From: an uncultured Candidatus Saccharibacteria bacterium
GTDB taxonomy: Bacteria > Patescibacteriota > Minisyncoccia > Phycocordibacterales > VMEP01
Length of the DNA stretch: 64,000 nucleotides
Reading direction: 5' to 3'
Assembly (NCBI GenBank): GCA_964579635.1
Contig: CAZOFV010000002.1
Location: forward strand, 1,371-65,370
The notes beneath the pieces are model-generated. The model was not told where the DNA came from. It saw only the letters and a list, made by a program, of their open reading frames with translations, and did not search any database. How positions within the stretch are numbered: the first letter of the stretch is position 1; each line of letters begins with the position of its first letter. Position numbers and translations under genes: made by a program. This document shows positions 48,175-57,421 of this stretch, in pieces.

Positions 48175-48299
48175 AATATTTTCTCTACACTAGGGAGCCG
48201 AGTGAGAACGTAAACCATTACAACAAAACAAAAAAGACCCTGAGAAAAGATATTCTCAGGGTCCTCTTTGTTAAACTTTCTCTAAGCTTTTCTATATTG

Positions 48300-49058
48300 T
48301 TAATTTGTATAGAAGGAAGCTGGGGAGGTTATGCTTGTGTTATTAGACGAATCTAATACCTCAACCAAATAGAAGTAATTTGTATTTGGGGTCAAACCAC
48401 TTATTCCTACAACTTGAGATGTTCGAGCAACACCATCGTATTGAGCCAAAGTACCACTTACACTTGGTTCAACAAAATTGACTCCAGTTTGATCAAAGGT
48501 GTTATTAAGTCTAATTGGTGATGTACTGTAATAAACCTTACCTCTTGCCAAATCATTAGTAGTCCAGCTAATCGTAGCGCTGTTACTATTTTTACTAACA
48601 TTTAAGCTTGTGATAATTGGAGCAGCTGAATCACCGCTAACACCCATATTAGCCATCTGAAGGTTAAGAACAGGTAACGTTGCAGGACCAACACGACCAA
48701 CGGGTGAAATTCCATTATGTGACTGGAATCTCGCTACAGCGGCTTTTGTTAACTGGCCAAAATAACCAGTAACAAGACCTTCTGGATAAAATGCAGGATC
48801 TGCCGCCAAAAAAGTCTGAAGAGCAGAAACATCTGAACCACTAACACCAACCTCCAATTGGCGATTGAGTGTATCTGCACGCGCAAACAAGGGAGCACTA
48901 ATAATCAACACTGCTGACAAAATTATTCCCGCTTCAAAAAGAAAACGGCTTAATACTTTTGTGTAATTTATAGTTTTAGTCATATTTTTATTTTTATTAT
49001 TATTAATTTTACTATTAATTTCGCCCTCTTTTAAAAAGGGCCTTCGACCACAAACCAA
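48300..49058 (-). CDS. Secreted protein with a peptidoglycan-binding domain and a FN3-like domain
   Basis: PG_binding_1-like segment (VSALQTFLAADPAFYPEGLVTGYFGQLTKAAVARFQ). N-terminal TM/signal. Confidence 0.55.
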   Translation of the reverse strand: MVCGRRPFLKEGEINSKINNNKNKNMTKTINYTKVLSRFLFEAGIILSAVLIISAPLFARADTLNRQLEVGVSGSDVSALQTFLAADPAFYPEGLVTGYFGQLTKAAVARFQSHNGISPVGRVGPATLPVLNLQMANMGVSGDSAAPIITSLNVSKNSNSATISWTTNDLARGKVYYSTSPIRLNNTFDQTGVNFVEPSVSGTLAQYDGVARTSQVVGISGLTPNTNYFYLVEVLDSSNNTSITSPASFYTN

Positions 49059-49118
49059 CCCACCTGTGATAAATGACGTTTCTGTGTTTAATTTATTACG
49101 TGTTGTAATAAATTAATA

Positions 49119-49556
49119 CTACAAGTGCTTTTTAATATTTTTCCAAAAACGGCTTGTTTCGTTCCTGAGCATTTTTTCTTCTGCAACGGAAAGCTTCTTC
49201 GCTTTAACGTAATTTTTTACGCCTTCATCAACAAAAGCATCGTATTGTTTTTCACCAACTTTCTTTAATTTTTTTACACGTGGTGACATATATCGATAAA
49301 AATCACCGGGAAGTTTCTTGATGTCCTCACGTAATTTCTTTCCAGACTCTGGTGCGAGAAGCATCCCCGCCGCAACACCAAGGACCGCGCCAACTAAAGC
49401 TCCTTCTAAAAGTTTCTCTTTTTTACTAACGACCGAATTCTTTGTATTCTTTTTATTTATTATTTTTTTCATATTACTAAAAATTGAATTATCTATTAAC
49501 CATTTGATAAAAACCTTAAGAATTATTTGTAACTTACATCTTTTTAGCCGAACCAA
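49119..49556 (-). CDS. YtxH-like protein
   Basis: GAxxGxxxGxLLAPESGKKLR motif. The start is likely an internal ATG near 49472. Confidence 0.5.
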   Translation of the reverse strand: MVRLKRCKLQIILKVFIKWLIDNSIFSNMKKIINKKNTKNSVVSKKEKLLEGALVGAVLGVAAGMLLAPESGKKLREDIKKLPGDFYRYMSPRVKKLKKVGEKQYDAFVDEGVKNYVKAKKLSVAEEKMLRNETSRFWKNIKKHL

Positions 49557-49821
49557 TGTTACTTGTCTTTTTTATTTTCCGAGAGCGATCTTTCAAGAAA
49601 AATGAAAATATCGGCAATTCAGAAAACCTATCAACAATGTCGTTTATTCTTTCAACTGCGTCAGATGATATTTGATTGAGGTTTGATGAAAATTTTTCAA
49701 GCTCTCTTAATATACGTATCATCGGAACAACAATAAAAACAAACAGAACACCGACCGTGATAACCGCGACAGAAACAACAAAGTTAAAAGTTATTTCTGA
49801 AAAAATAAATACTGTTTCCAT
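49534..49821 (-). CDS. Small membrane protein (DUF948-like)
   Basis: N-terminal TM followed by a coiled region. Pairs with the YtxH gene. Confidence 0.35.
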   Translation of the reverse strand: METVFIFSEITFNFVVSVAVITVGVLFVFIVVPMIRILRELEKFSSNLNQISSDAVERINDIVDRFSELPIFSFFLKDRSRKIKKTSNIGSAKKM

Positions 49822-50004
49822 GATAATAACGCCGACTAAAGCAGTAATTTATTACAATTGATATAAAGTAATATATGTGTTATTATTTAAGTAATAAATT
49901 TCCTTATTTTCTCTATTACGTAACTTTTGAGTAACTACTAAAACACTGCAAAATACCCCTTTTAAGCGGGAAAACCTACTGAATTACAAGACACGGTGTA
50001 ATAA

Positions 50005-50035
50005 CACTGTAATAAAGACCTCCTCTATTACGTCT
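50005..50035 (+). promoter_or_regulatory. ECF-type promoter candidate TGTAATA-N16-CGTCT upstream of the sigma factor
   Basis: CGTC-type -10 and an AAC-containing -35, 19 nt before the ATG. The motif recurs at 49944-49955 and 50573-50603. Confidence 0.4.
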
Positions 50036-50053
50036 TAATCTATAACAACTAAC

Positions 50054-50569
50054 ATGAAACCTAAACAAAAAGCTCAACAACAAAGAGCGTTAACTTCAGC
50101 GCACCGAGAATACGGAAAAGGGCTTAATTCTTACGCATTTTTTAAAACAAACAGCCATGAAATTGGCGAGGATTTAGTGCAAGACACATTCATGAAAACA
50201 TGGGCCTACCTTATTAAAGGTGGGAAAATTGATGTAATGAAGGCATTTCTTTATCACGTCCTTAACAATCTAATAGTGGATGAATATCGCAAACACAAAG
50301 CAACCTCACTGGATGTTCTTATTGAAAAAGGGTTTGATCCTGGAAATAACGAATCCTTAGAACTACTTACAAACTCTTTAGACAGCAAGGCAGCTATCTT
50401 ATTAATACAACAACTTCCAGAAGCATACAGAAAAGTAATGACCATGAGATACGCCCAAGATCTTTCACTTAAGGAAATATCACTTATAACAGGGAAAACA
50501 AAAAACGCTGTCGCTGTTCAACTACACCGAGGACTTGAAAAATTTAAAATATTATACGGCCACGCATAA
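50054..50569 (+). CDS. ECF-family RNA polymerase sigma factor
   Basis: Region 2 (DLVQDTFMKTW) and region 4 HTH (LSLKEISLITGKTKNAVAVQLHRGL). Confidence 0.8.
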   Translation: MKPKQKAQQQRALTSAHREYGKGLNSYAFFKTNSHEIGEDLVQDTFMKTWAYLIKGGKIDVMKAFLYHVLNNLIVDEYRKHKATSLDVLIEKGFDPGNNESLELLTNSLDSKAAILLIQQLPEAYRKVMTMRYAQDLSLKEISLITGKTKNAVAVQLHRGLEKFKILYGHA

Positions 50570-50572
50570 AAA

Positions 50573-50603
50573 CACTGTAATAAAATAAACCACGTTACGT
50601 CAT
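50573..50603 (+). promoter_or_regulatory. Second ECF-type promoter candidate (CACTGTAATAAA-N-CGTCA) downstream of the sigma gene
   Basis: Same CACTGTAATAAA word as upstream of the sigma gene. Followed by a 43-aa hydrophobic ORF. Confidence 0.35.
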
Positions 50604-50631
50604 TAATGTATTACAGGTAATTTTTAAAAAC

Positions 50632-50763
50632 ATGCTTCAAACAATTATTATAGTGCTACTAATCCTTTGGTTGCTTGGCTTTAGTTTTAATTTCGGCGGT
50701 GAACTAATCCATACACTACTTGTTATTGTAGTCATTGCGCTTATTGTCAGATTATTTTACTGA
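50632..50763 (+). CDS. Tiny hydrophobic ORF (43 aa, two TM-like segments) downstream of the ECF sigma
   Basis: Not in the ORF track (under 60 aa). ATG at 50632; entirely hydrophobic. Confidence 0.25.
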   Translation: MLQTIIIVLLILWLLGFSFNFGGELIHTLLVIVVIALIVRLFY

Positions 50764-50833
50764 TTAAAATTTCAGTATTCATAAAAAAAGAGACTGTGTT
50801 ATATAACACAGTCTCTTTTTTTATGAATTTATT

Positions 50834-50907
50834 GGAGCCGCCTCTCGGATTTGAACCGAGGACCCTCGCTTTACAAAAGCGACGCTCTACCACTGAGCTA
50901 AGGCGGC
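50834..50907 (-). tRNA. tRNA-Thr (anticodon UGU), CCA encoded
   Basis: Minus-strand cloverleaf: acceptor GCCGCCT/AGGCGGC, D-arm GCTC-AGTGGTA-GAGC, anticodon stem TCGCT/AGCGA with loop TTTGTAA, T-arm CTCGG-TTCAAAT-CCGAG, then TCCA. Confidence 0.85.
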
Positions 50908-50923
50908 AATTATTTCTTAAAAA

Positions 50924-51322
50924 CTAAACGACTTTATCAGCCTCTCCGTTTCTAAAACTATCTTTGTGTTCAGATATGTCTTTTAAGAAAAAAGAAGCTG
51001 TTCCTTTTTCACTATCTCCGTTATTAATTGACGGAACAGACACAGAAAAATGCTCTACCCTCTCATCAATAAATTTTTTTGCTATTTTATAAAAATTTAT
51101 TAATAAACGGGAAACAATAACTGAAACTTTTTGCAATTTACTAAGAACGAAAGATGATATTTTATTGAGTGTCTTTTCCCATTCAAAAACAGAAAAAATC
51201 TCCATTATCTCATACTCTTCTCCTGCTACTACCCTGCCTTTCCTTATACTCCATACTCTAGCAAAAACCATACCAGAAATTGCTATTGCAAAAACCAAGG
51301 AGAATATAAACGGTAAAAGCAT
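50924..51322 (-). CDS. Hypothetical membrane protein
   Basis: N-terminal TM helix. No recognisable domain. Confidence 0.35.
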   Translation of the reverse strand: MLLPFIFSLVFAIAISGMVFARVWSIRKGRVVAGEEYEIMEIFSVFEWEKTLNKISSFVLSKLQKVSVIVSRLLINFYKIAKKFIDERVEHFSVSVPSINNGDSEKGTASFFLKDISEHKDSFRNGEADKVV

Positions 51323-51334
51323 ACCTACAATATA

Positions 51335-51928
51335 CTACACACTTGAAGAAAAACGTGCAAAGCGAGTCACTTCAATTCTCTCGCCAAACTTCTGAACAGC
51401 CTCATCTACCAAAGCCCCAACGGTAACATCACCATTCTTCACAAATGGCTGTTCGAGCAAAGCACGCTCTGCAAAATAAGTGTTCAATTTTCCAGAAACA
51501 ACCTTCTCCTTAACAGCTGGGTCGGTCTTACCAGAAGCCACTGCTTCTTCTTCAAAAACCTTTTTTAAATCGTTAATCGTTTCCTCAGAAACTTCTTCAC
51601 GGCTAACAAACTCTGGGTTTGCTGCGGCAATATGCATAGCTATATCATAAGCAAGTTTTTTAAACTCTTCGTTCTTAGAAACGAAATCTGTTTCAGAAGA
51701 AAGTAAAACCATAGAGCCAACAGCTCCACCAAGATGAATATACGACTGAATAGTTCCAGCCCCCAAAGTTCTGTCTCCTTTTTTACCAGCAATATCTTTA
51801 CTTTTACGCTTTAAGATTTCAATTGCTTTTTCTTTGTCACCCTGAGCTTCCTCAAGAGCTTTTTTACACTGCATAACAGACACACCGGTCATGTCACGCA
51901 ATTCCTTAACTTGATCCATCGTTACCAT
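51335..51928 (-). CDS. tsf: Elongation factor Ts
   Basis: N-terminal UBA-like VKELRDMTGVSVMQCKKAL. Confidence 0.9.
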   Translation of the reverse strand: MVTMDQVKELRDMTGVSVMQCKKALEEAQGDKEKAIEILKRKSKDIAGKKGDRTLGAGTIQSYIHLGGAVGSMVLLSSETDFVSKNEEFKKLAYDIAMHIAAANPEFVSREEVSEETINDLKKVFEEEAVASGKTDPAVKEKVVSGKLNTYFAERALLEQPFVKNGDVTVGALVDEAVQKFGERIEVTRFARFSSSV

Positions 51929-51956
51929 GGTTTAAATAAAGAGCTTATGAATAAAT

Positions 51957-52670
51957 TTACTTAACAACCTCACGCATAAGAGCACCTTCCTGATATGCGT
52001 TTACGATACTTTCAACAAAAAGTTTAATACTTGAAGTTGAAGCATCGTTACCAATAATTGGATATGTGATAACTGAAACATCACAATCTGAGTTTGAGAT
52101 ACTAACAACCGGAACCTTAACATTTTTTGCTTCTGCAATTGCAATTGTTTCCTTTTTAGAATCAACAACAAACATTGCACCCGGCATAGCTTTTAAAGAA
52201 ATCAAACCAAAGAAATATCGATTAAGTCTTCCTAATTCTAAATCAATAACCAAGCGTTCCTTTTTTGTATAGCGAGCAATTGTTCCTTTTTCTTTTTCAT
52301 CATTAATCTGAAGAAGTCTTTCAACGCGCTTTCTGATTTCTGGGAGGTTGGTCAAAGTGCCACCAATCCAACGCTCTGTAACAAATGGCATATCAATCGA
52401 CTGTGCTGCTTCTTTTACTATATCTCGAGCTTCTGGTTTAGAACCAACAAAAATAATTTGCTTTCCTTGTTTTCCTAGTTCTCTAACAAAATCACATGCT
52501 GTTTCAAGCATTTGAGTGGTTTTTTCAAGATCTATAACATCAGAATGATTTTTTGAACCTAATAGAGCCTTTTTGACTGAAGGATGACGTCTTGTACGAG
52601 AATAACCAAAATGAGCCCCTGCCTTAAGCAATGCTTCCATATTTGGTGTTTCTTTAGTGTTTTTCTGCAT
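51957..52670 (-). CDS. rpsB: 30S ribosomal protein S2
   Basis: S2 family conservation. Upstream of tsf. Confidence 0.9.
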   Translation of the reverse strand: MQKNTKETPNMEALLKAGAHFGYSRTRRHPSVKKALLGSKNHSDVIDLEKTTQMLETACDFVRELGKQGKQIIFVGSKPEARDIVKEAAQSIDMPFVTERWIGGTLTNLPEIRKRVERLLQINDEKEKGTIARYTKKERLVIDLELGRLNRYFFGLISLKAMPGAMFVVDSKKETIAIAEAKNVKVPVVSISNSDCDVSVITYPIIGNDASTSSIKLFVESIVNAYQEGALMREVVK

Positions 52671-52767
52671 ATTTTAAATTATCGGGGCCTAAACCCCGTA
52701 GAAGTTCCTATACTAACAAAAAGGTCTATTTGAAGCAACCCATAACCACCAAAATCATTGGTGGTGC

Positions 52768-53757
52768 TTAATCTTCGTCTCCCCCGCCCTCTCCAACTTT
52801 CGGTAACACTCCATCAAACTTTTCAAATGTTCTTATTATTGGATCAAGATTACCAGCAAGTATTCCTTCAATATTATGCCAAGACTGTTTAATTCGATGA
52901 TCTGTAATACGATCTTGAAGAACATTATATGTGCGAATTTTTTCTGAACGATCACGAGTCCCGATTTGGCTTTTCTTTTCAGCAGAAAGCTTGTTGAATT
53001 CTTCTTCTTCTTTCATCATAGAAAGGCGCGCCGAAAGCATTTCAAAAGCTTTTTCGCGATTTTTTAACTGACTCCTCTCACTCTGACAACGCACCGCAAC
53101 TCCTGTTGGTTTATGAATAAGACGAACGGCTGTTTCAACTTTGTTAACATTTTGCCCTCCAGCACCACCGGAACGAGAAAGCTCCATCTCCACGTCACTT
53201 GGAGATATTGTAAAAGAAAAACGAGTACGTATTGGCAAAACAGAAACAGAAGCTGTCGATGTGTGTACTCGACCAGATTTTTCTGTCGCAGGAATTCTTT
53301 GAACTCGGTGAACTCCGGTCTCAAACTGAAGTGCTTCATAAGCACCCTTACCCTTCACTTCAAATGACGCATCTTTATATCCACCAAGCTCACTTCGAGA
53401 TTCATCAAGTCTTGTCACAGACCAATTACGCGATATAGCATATCGCTCATACATGGTAGTTAATTCTTCCGCAAAAAGCGCAGCCTCTTCCCCACCCGCT
53501 CCAGCGTAAACTTCCAAAATTGCTCCAGTTGGTTTAGCGACTTCCTCTTTTTCTGAATCAAAAATTGTTTCTATTTGTTTTTCTATTGTTTCTTTTTGCT
53601 CACTAATTCTTTTTAGGTCTTCCTCTGCAAGTTCACTCATTGACGGATCGTTCTCTACCATCGTGCGAACATCTTCTTCTTCTTTAAGCAACTTCTCAAA
53701 CTGTGTCGCAAGATATGCGGTTTTAGAATTTTTTTTAGCGCTCTCAAGATCTTCCAT
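52768..53757 (-). CDS. prfA: Peptide chain release factor 1
   Basis: GGQ motif ([13 protein letters not shown]) and the RF1-type PAT tripeptide ([14 protein letters not shown]). Confidence 0.85.
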   Translation of the reverse strand: MEDLESAKKNSKTAYLATQFEKLLKEEEDVRTMVENDPSMSELAEEDLKRISEQKETIEKQIETIFDSEKEEVAKPTGAILEVYAGAGGEEAALFAEELTTMYERYAISRNWSVTRLDESRSELGGYKDASFEVKGKGAYEALQFETGVHRVQRIPATEKSGRVHTSTASVSVLPIRTRFSFTISPSDVEMELSRSGGAGGQNVNKVETAVRLIHKPTGVAVRCQSERSQLKNREKAFEMLSARLSMMKEEEEFNKLSAEKKSQIGTRDRSEKIRTYNVLQDRITDHRIKQSWHNIEGILAGNLDPIIRTFEKFDGVLPKVGEGGGDED

Positions 53758-53814
53758 AATTTTTTTAGAAAAAGAAAAAACAGCAATTATCTCGCTGTTT
53801 TTCTTACTGATTAT

Positions 53815-54048
53815 CTAAGACTTCTTAGCTACTTTCTTAACTGGTTCCGCTGCTGCTCTTCGCTTCTTGAATCTTTCAACGCGACCAGCGGTATCGATAA
53901 CCTTTTCGTTACCTGTATAGAATGGGTGGCAAGAACTACAAATTTCAACGTTTATCTCTGGCAAGCCAGAAGAAACGACATATGTCGCTCCACAGGCGCA
54001 AGTGGCCTTGATTTCATCGTTATATTTAGGATGGATATCTTTCTTCAT
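53815..54048 (-). CDS. rpmE: 50S ribosomal protein L31
   Basis: MKKDIHPKY... with CxCG...C..CHPFYTG. Confidence 0.9.
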   Translation of the reverse strand: MKKDIHPKYNDEIKATCACGATYVVSSGLPEINVEICSSCHPFYTGNEKVIDTAGRVERFKKRRAAAEPVKKVAKKS

Positions 54049-54104
54049 AAGCCCGTACTTTACTAGAAAGCGCTCAAATTTGCAAATGTGTCTTTTTCAC
54101 TTTT

Positions 54105-54183
54105 CCTTTTTAAAAACACGATAAAATTCTGCTGAATTTTTCTCTACTCGCGCTCATCGCGCTCCGTAAGGTTTTTAAAAAGG
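54105..54183. promoter_or_regulatory. Conserved structured element, copy 3 (upstream of rpmE)
   Basis: Outer inverted repeat CCTTTTTAAAAA/TTTTTAAAAAGG, core AAAATTCTGCTGAATTTTT, inner hairpin GCGC-tcatc-GCGC, then TCCGTAA. Sits upstream of the predicted rpmE promoter TTGCAA-N17-TAAAGT. Confidence 0.45.
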
Positions 54184-54224
54184 AAAAGTCTAGATTTTTT
54201 AAGAAAAATCAGGGTAAAAATGAA

Positions 54225-55640
54225 CTACACCCCCTTCAAGAAATCAATATTGGCCTGAATATCTTCAGCTTTTTGCAAAACCTGTGTCCCATAAAAAGAG
54301 TTGGCTGGTCTTTGGTTATCACATCTCCTGCCAGAATAATACCTACAGGCTGCGTTTCTTTCAGCGCTATAACTACCACTCACCGCCCCAAGGTCTGACA
54401 GATAAATTGCTGTTGCCGTAAACGAGTGTTCTGGATTCCATGGATTTGCTTCATTTTGAGAAACACCAACAGCGCTTGCTATACGCTTCTTGAAAAGTTC
54501 CCATGTTGAAGGAATAAATTGTGAAGGACCCATTCCCCCACCATAACCGCGAGAAGACGACCACGTAGCCTTAGGAGGACATGATACTGGTGTAATTTTC
54601 CAATCCAAATTTAATCTATTTGTAATATCTTTAAACGGTTCTGTATCTCTTGGTGATTTCATTACTTTCTCAAAAAATGTCCCCGTATTTTTACCAACAC
54701 CATCACCTGTATCAAGACTAGATAAAATACATGAGCCCTGGTTTTTACCAAGATCAGATTCTTGGGTGAGGATTGCTAAGATAAGCGCTGGTCTAATGCC
54801 GGTCTTTTCGCTGGCAAAATTTGCATACTCAAGAGCTTTGGCGAAAGGAATTCCTTCACTATCGCGAAGCTTAAAAAGAGCTGCCCTGATTTGTGCGGCC
54901 CTTTTCTGCCTTTCACTCAACACAGCCTGATACCCACTTGCTTCAGTTTTTGTAATAGCTAGAAGTTTTTTCTTTTCAGATTCTGTTTGAGCAATTGTTT
55001 TTTTCTTCACCTCTACAACATATTTTGCATCAGCTTCTTCGTTTTTTTGTTTATCTAATTTTTGGCGCTCTTCTTCGGTAATAGCCTTAACTTCTCGTAC
55101 GTTAGTAAAATGTTCCTTCATTTCATTTTTTATTGAATCGTAAGAATCAATATCCTGAAAAAACTCCGAGACACTTTCCTCAGAGAAAAATACTTCAGCT
55201 AAAGTTTTGGAATCTATCTCATTTGTTTTTCTTATAATCTGTGCGAGTGACCTGCGCCCATCATCAAGTTTTCCTTCGAGAGTTTTAATTTTTTTACTTT
55301 TATCAGCGATTTGTGTGCCAAGTTTTGAAATAGCTATATTTTTTTGCCTTATCATTAATTCCGCTTCTTTTATTTTTGCGGTAAGGATAGAGATATCTCC
55401 TTGGATAGTGTTAGCTTTCTGCCTGGTGTCATCTAAAATTTTCTGCCAATTACCAATTTCTTTCTGCAGAGCATCGTATTCAGCCTGAAGTTTTGCCTCT
55501 TGTTGTGCCACCTGATCTGCCGATTGAGCACTAACAATAAACCCAGGTACTAGAAAAATACCAAACAAAACTATCACTAAAACTAATTTATTAAAGAAAA
55601 TATTAAATTTCATATAGGAAACTAAAAAACCAAGGAACAC
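54225..55640 (-). CDS. Membrane-anchored coiled-coil protein with a C-terminal lytic-transglycosylase-like (SLT-like) domain
   Basis: N-terminal TM, about 250 aa coiled coil. C-terminal ILTQESDLG and GGMGPSQF motifs. Confidence 0.45.
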   Translation of the reverse strand: MFLGFLVSYMKFNIFFNKLVLVIVLFGIFLVPGFIVSAQSADQVAQQEAKLQAEYDALQKEIGNWQKILDDTRQKANTIQGDISILTAKIKEAELMIRQKNIAISKLGTQIADKSKKIKTLEGKLDDGRRSLAQIIRKTNEIDSKTLAEVFFSEESVSEFFQDIDSYDSIKNEMKEHFTNVREVKAITEEERQKLDKQKNEEADAKYVVEVKKKTIAQTESEKKKLLAITKTEASGYQAVLSERQKRAAQIRAALFKLRDSEGIPFAKALEYANFASEKTGIRPALILAILTQESDLGKNQGSCILSSLDTGDGVGKNTGTFFEKVMKSPRDTEPFKDITNRLNLDWKITPVSCPPKATWSSSRGYGGGMGPSQFIPSTWELFKKRIASAVGVSQNEANPWNPEHSFTATAIYLSDLGAVSGSYSAERNAACRYYSGRRCDNQRPANSFYGTQVLQKAEDIQANIDFLKGV

Positions 55641-55743
55641 TTCGCTCCTATCTATATATTCTATCTCAACAGACTAATTGAAGCCACCGCCATAAATTAA
55701 AAAAGAAGACCTTAAGTCTTCTTTTTTAAAAAAAATATTTAGA

Positions 55744-56385
55744 TTATTTTTCTTCTTCGCTAGATTCTTCTTCTTTCTTCCCTTTCTTTTCAACTTCAAT
55801 TGAAGAAAGATCAATTGATGCGACTGGTGTCTCTTCTTCTTTTGCTGCTTCTGAAACCAAAGCAACGATTTCCTCTCCTTTAGTTATAGCCGTAACACCT
55901 TTTGGCATAACGATATCTTTAACTGTGATATGCCCATCAATAGCTGTAAGGGTGGAAATATCGACATTAATATTGTGTGGAAGATCTTGTGGAAGAGCTT
56001 CAACTTCAATTTCATGCAAAACCTTAACCAAAATACCTCCCAAATCTTTAACTGCAGGAGATTCACCGATAAACTCAAGATGAACCTCAACTTGGGTCTT
56101 TTTGTCTTTTTCAACTACGTAAAAATCAACATGAACAGGTTCGTGACGGATTGGCTCATACTGGACATCGTGTACCAAAACATCAGTATTACCGCTTGCT
56201 CCCTTTAGACGAACGATGGAAGACTCCCCTGCATCTTTCAAAACTTTTTTAAACTGGACCTTATCTATAAAGAATGAAGTCGATTTTGCTTTTGGTCCGT
56301 AGAAAACAGCAGGAATACGCCCGCTTTTTCTTACGTCTGCGAGATTTGCCTTAACATCTCTTTCTTCTATTTCTAGTTCAAACAT
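55744..56385 (-). CDS. rplY: 50S ribosomal protein L25 (Ctc form)
   Basis: L25 N-domain plus a Ctc C-domain and acidic tail. Start chosen at MFELEIEERD. Confidence 0.85.
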   Translation of the reverse strand: MFELEIEERDVKANLADVRKSGRIPAVFYGPKAKSTSFFIDKVQFKKVLKDAGESSIVRLKGASGNTDVLVHDVQYEPIRHEPVHVDFYVVEKDKKTQVEVHLEFIGESPAVKDLGGILVKVLHEIEVEALPQDLPHNINVDISTLTAIDGHITVKDIVMPKGVTAITKGEEIVALVSEAAKEEETPVASIDLSSIEVEKKGKKEEESSEEEK

Positions 56386-56453
56386 GGCGGACATTATACA
56401 CAACCAAATAAAATTGTGAAGCCTTTAAATAATAGATATTTTTTAGGTGAAAA

Positions 56454-57320
56454 TTAAACACTACTAAACATCGTTATGTAATTTTTTACGAAATTTTTAA
56501 GATCCTCAACAACGGATGCATCGTATTTATATGGAGCAACCTCGTTTTTCTCTATACTTTCATCTATAGCCTCTTTTGTTGATTTCTGATAAAGAACCCT
56601 CATCTCCGTACTAATGTGGATAATTCTTATTCCAGCACGAATAGCTTCTTTAAAGTCTTCCGGAGATATTCCAGAACCACCATGTAAAACAAGCGGTGTT
56701 TTAATGGCATTTTTTAGATCTTTAATCGCTTCTATATTTAGCGCCGGATTTCCAATACCTTTAATAAACCCGTGGATGTTTCCGACCGACGGCGCAAACA
56801 AATCTATACCAGTAGCATTTATAAAATTTTCGGCTTCTTCTTTTTTTGTAAAGTTCTTCAAATCAATTCCTTCAGGAATAGCGTCTATCACTTGTGACGA
56901 AGTCCCAATGTAACCAACTTCTGCTTCAACAAGAACGTCTTTACCACTAGCACGAGCATAATCAACACATCTTTTTGTAATTTCGATATTCTCTAAAAGA
57001 GACAATTTTGCTCCATCAAAAATAACGGCGTCGAAACCGGCGTCAATCGCTTCTTTAGTACGTTCAAACGAATAAGAATGGTCTGCGTTCAAAAAAATCG
57101 GAAAATCATATTCTTCTCGCAGGCTACGAACCAAAGCAACAACTTGTTCGACTCCAATATAATCTCTCTCCCCCTCAGAAACACCGACAATAACGGGCAT
57201 ATTCAATTCTTTTGCCGCTTCAAAAACACCTTTTAACATCTCCAAATTTGAAATATTAAAATGACCAATTGCGATACCTTTCTCGTCAGCTTCTTTAATA
57301 ACCTCGCGTAGTGATTTCAT
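56454..57320 (-). CDS. fba: Class II fructose-bisphosphate aldolase
   Basis: Class II FBA conservation (GHFNISN, LHGGSG). Start placed at MKSLREVIKEA. Confidence 0.85.
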   Translation of the reverse strand: MKSLREVIKEADEKGIAIGHFNISNLEMLKGVFEAAKELNMPVIVGVSEGERDYIGVEQVVALVRSLREEYDFPIFLNADHSYSFERTKEAIDAGFDAVIFDGAKLSLLENIEITKRCVDYARASGKDVLVEAEVGYIGTSSQVIDAIPEGIDLKNFTKKEEAENFINATGIDLFAPSVGNIHGFIKGIGNPALNIEAIKDLKNAIKTPLVLHGGSGISPEDFKEAIRAGIRIIHISTEMRVLYQKSTKEAIDESIEKNEVAPYKYDASVVEDLKNFVKNYITMFSSV

Positions 57321-57421
57321 TTGAAAATTATTATAACACGCAGTTTTTCTTAGCACATCTTGCTATAATTTTACACCATAAATGCTTTCACTCCGCCATC
57401 TAAAAATGTTAAAATAAACAC

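Noticed and set aside
20166-54183. The three-copy element as a MITE with terminal inverted repeats
   Set aside because: Members of one MITE family share the same TIR sequence. Here the outer repeats differ in sequence between copies while staying complementary, and an inner stem covaries too. That favours structural (RNA or hairpin) conservation over transposition. It is not fully excluded without a genome-wide census.
55674-55865. 63-aa ORF overlapping the 3' end of rplY
   Set aside because: It is the K/E-rich opposite-frame shadow of the acidic L25 tail. No independent signals.
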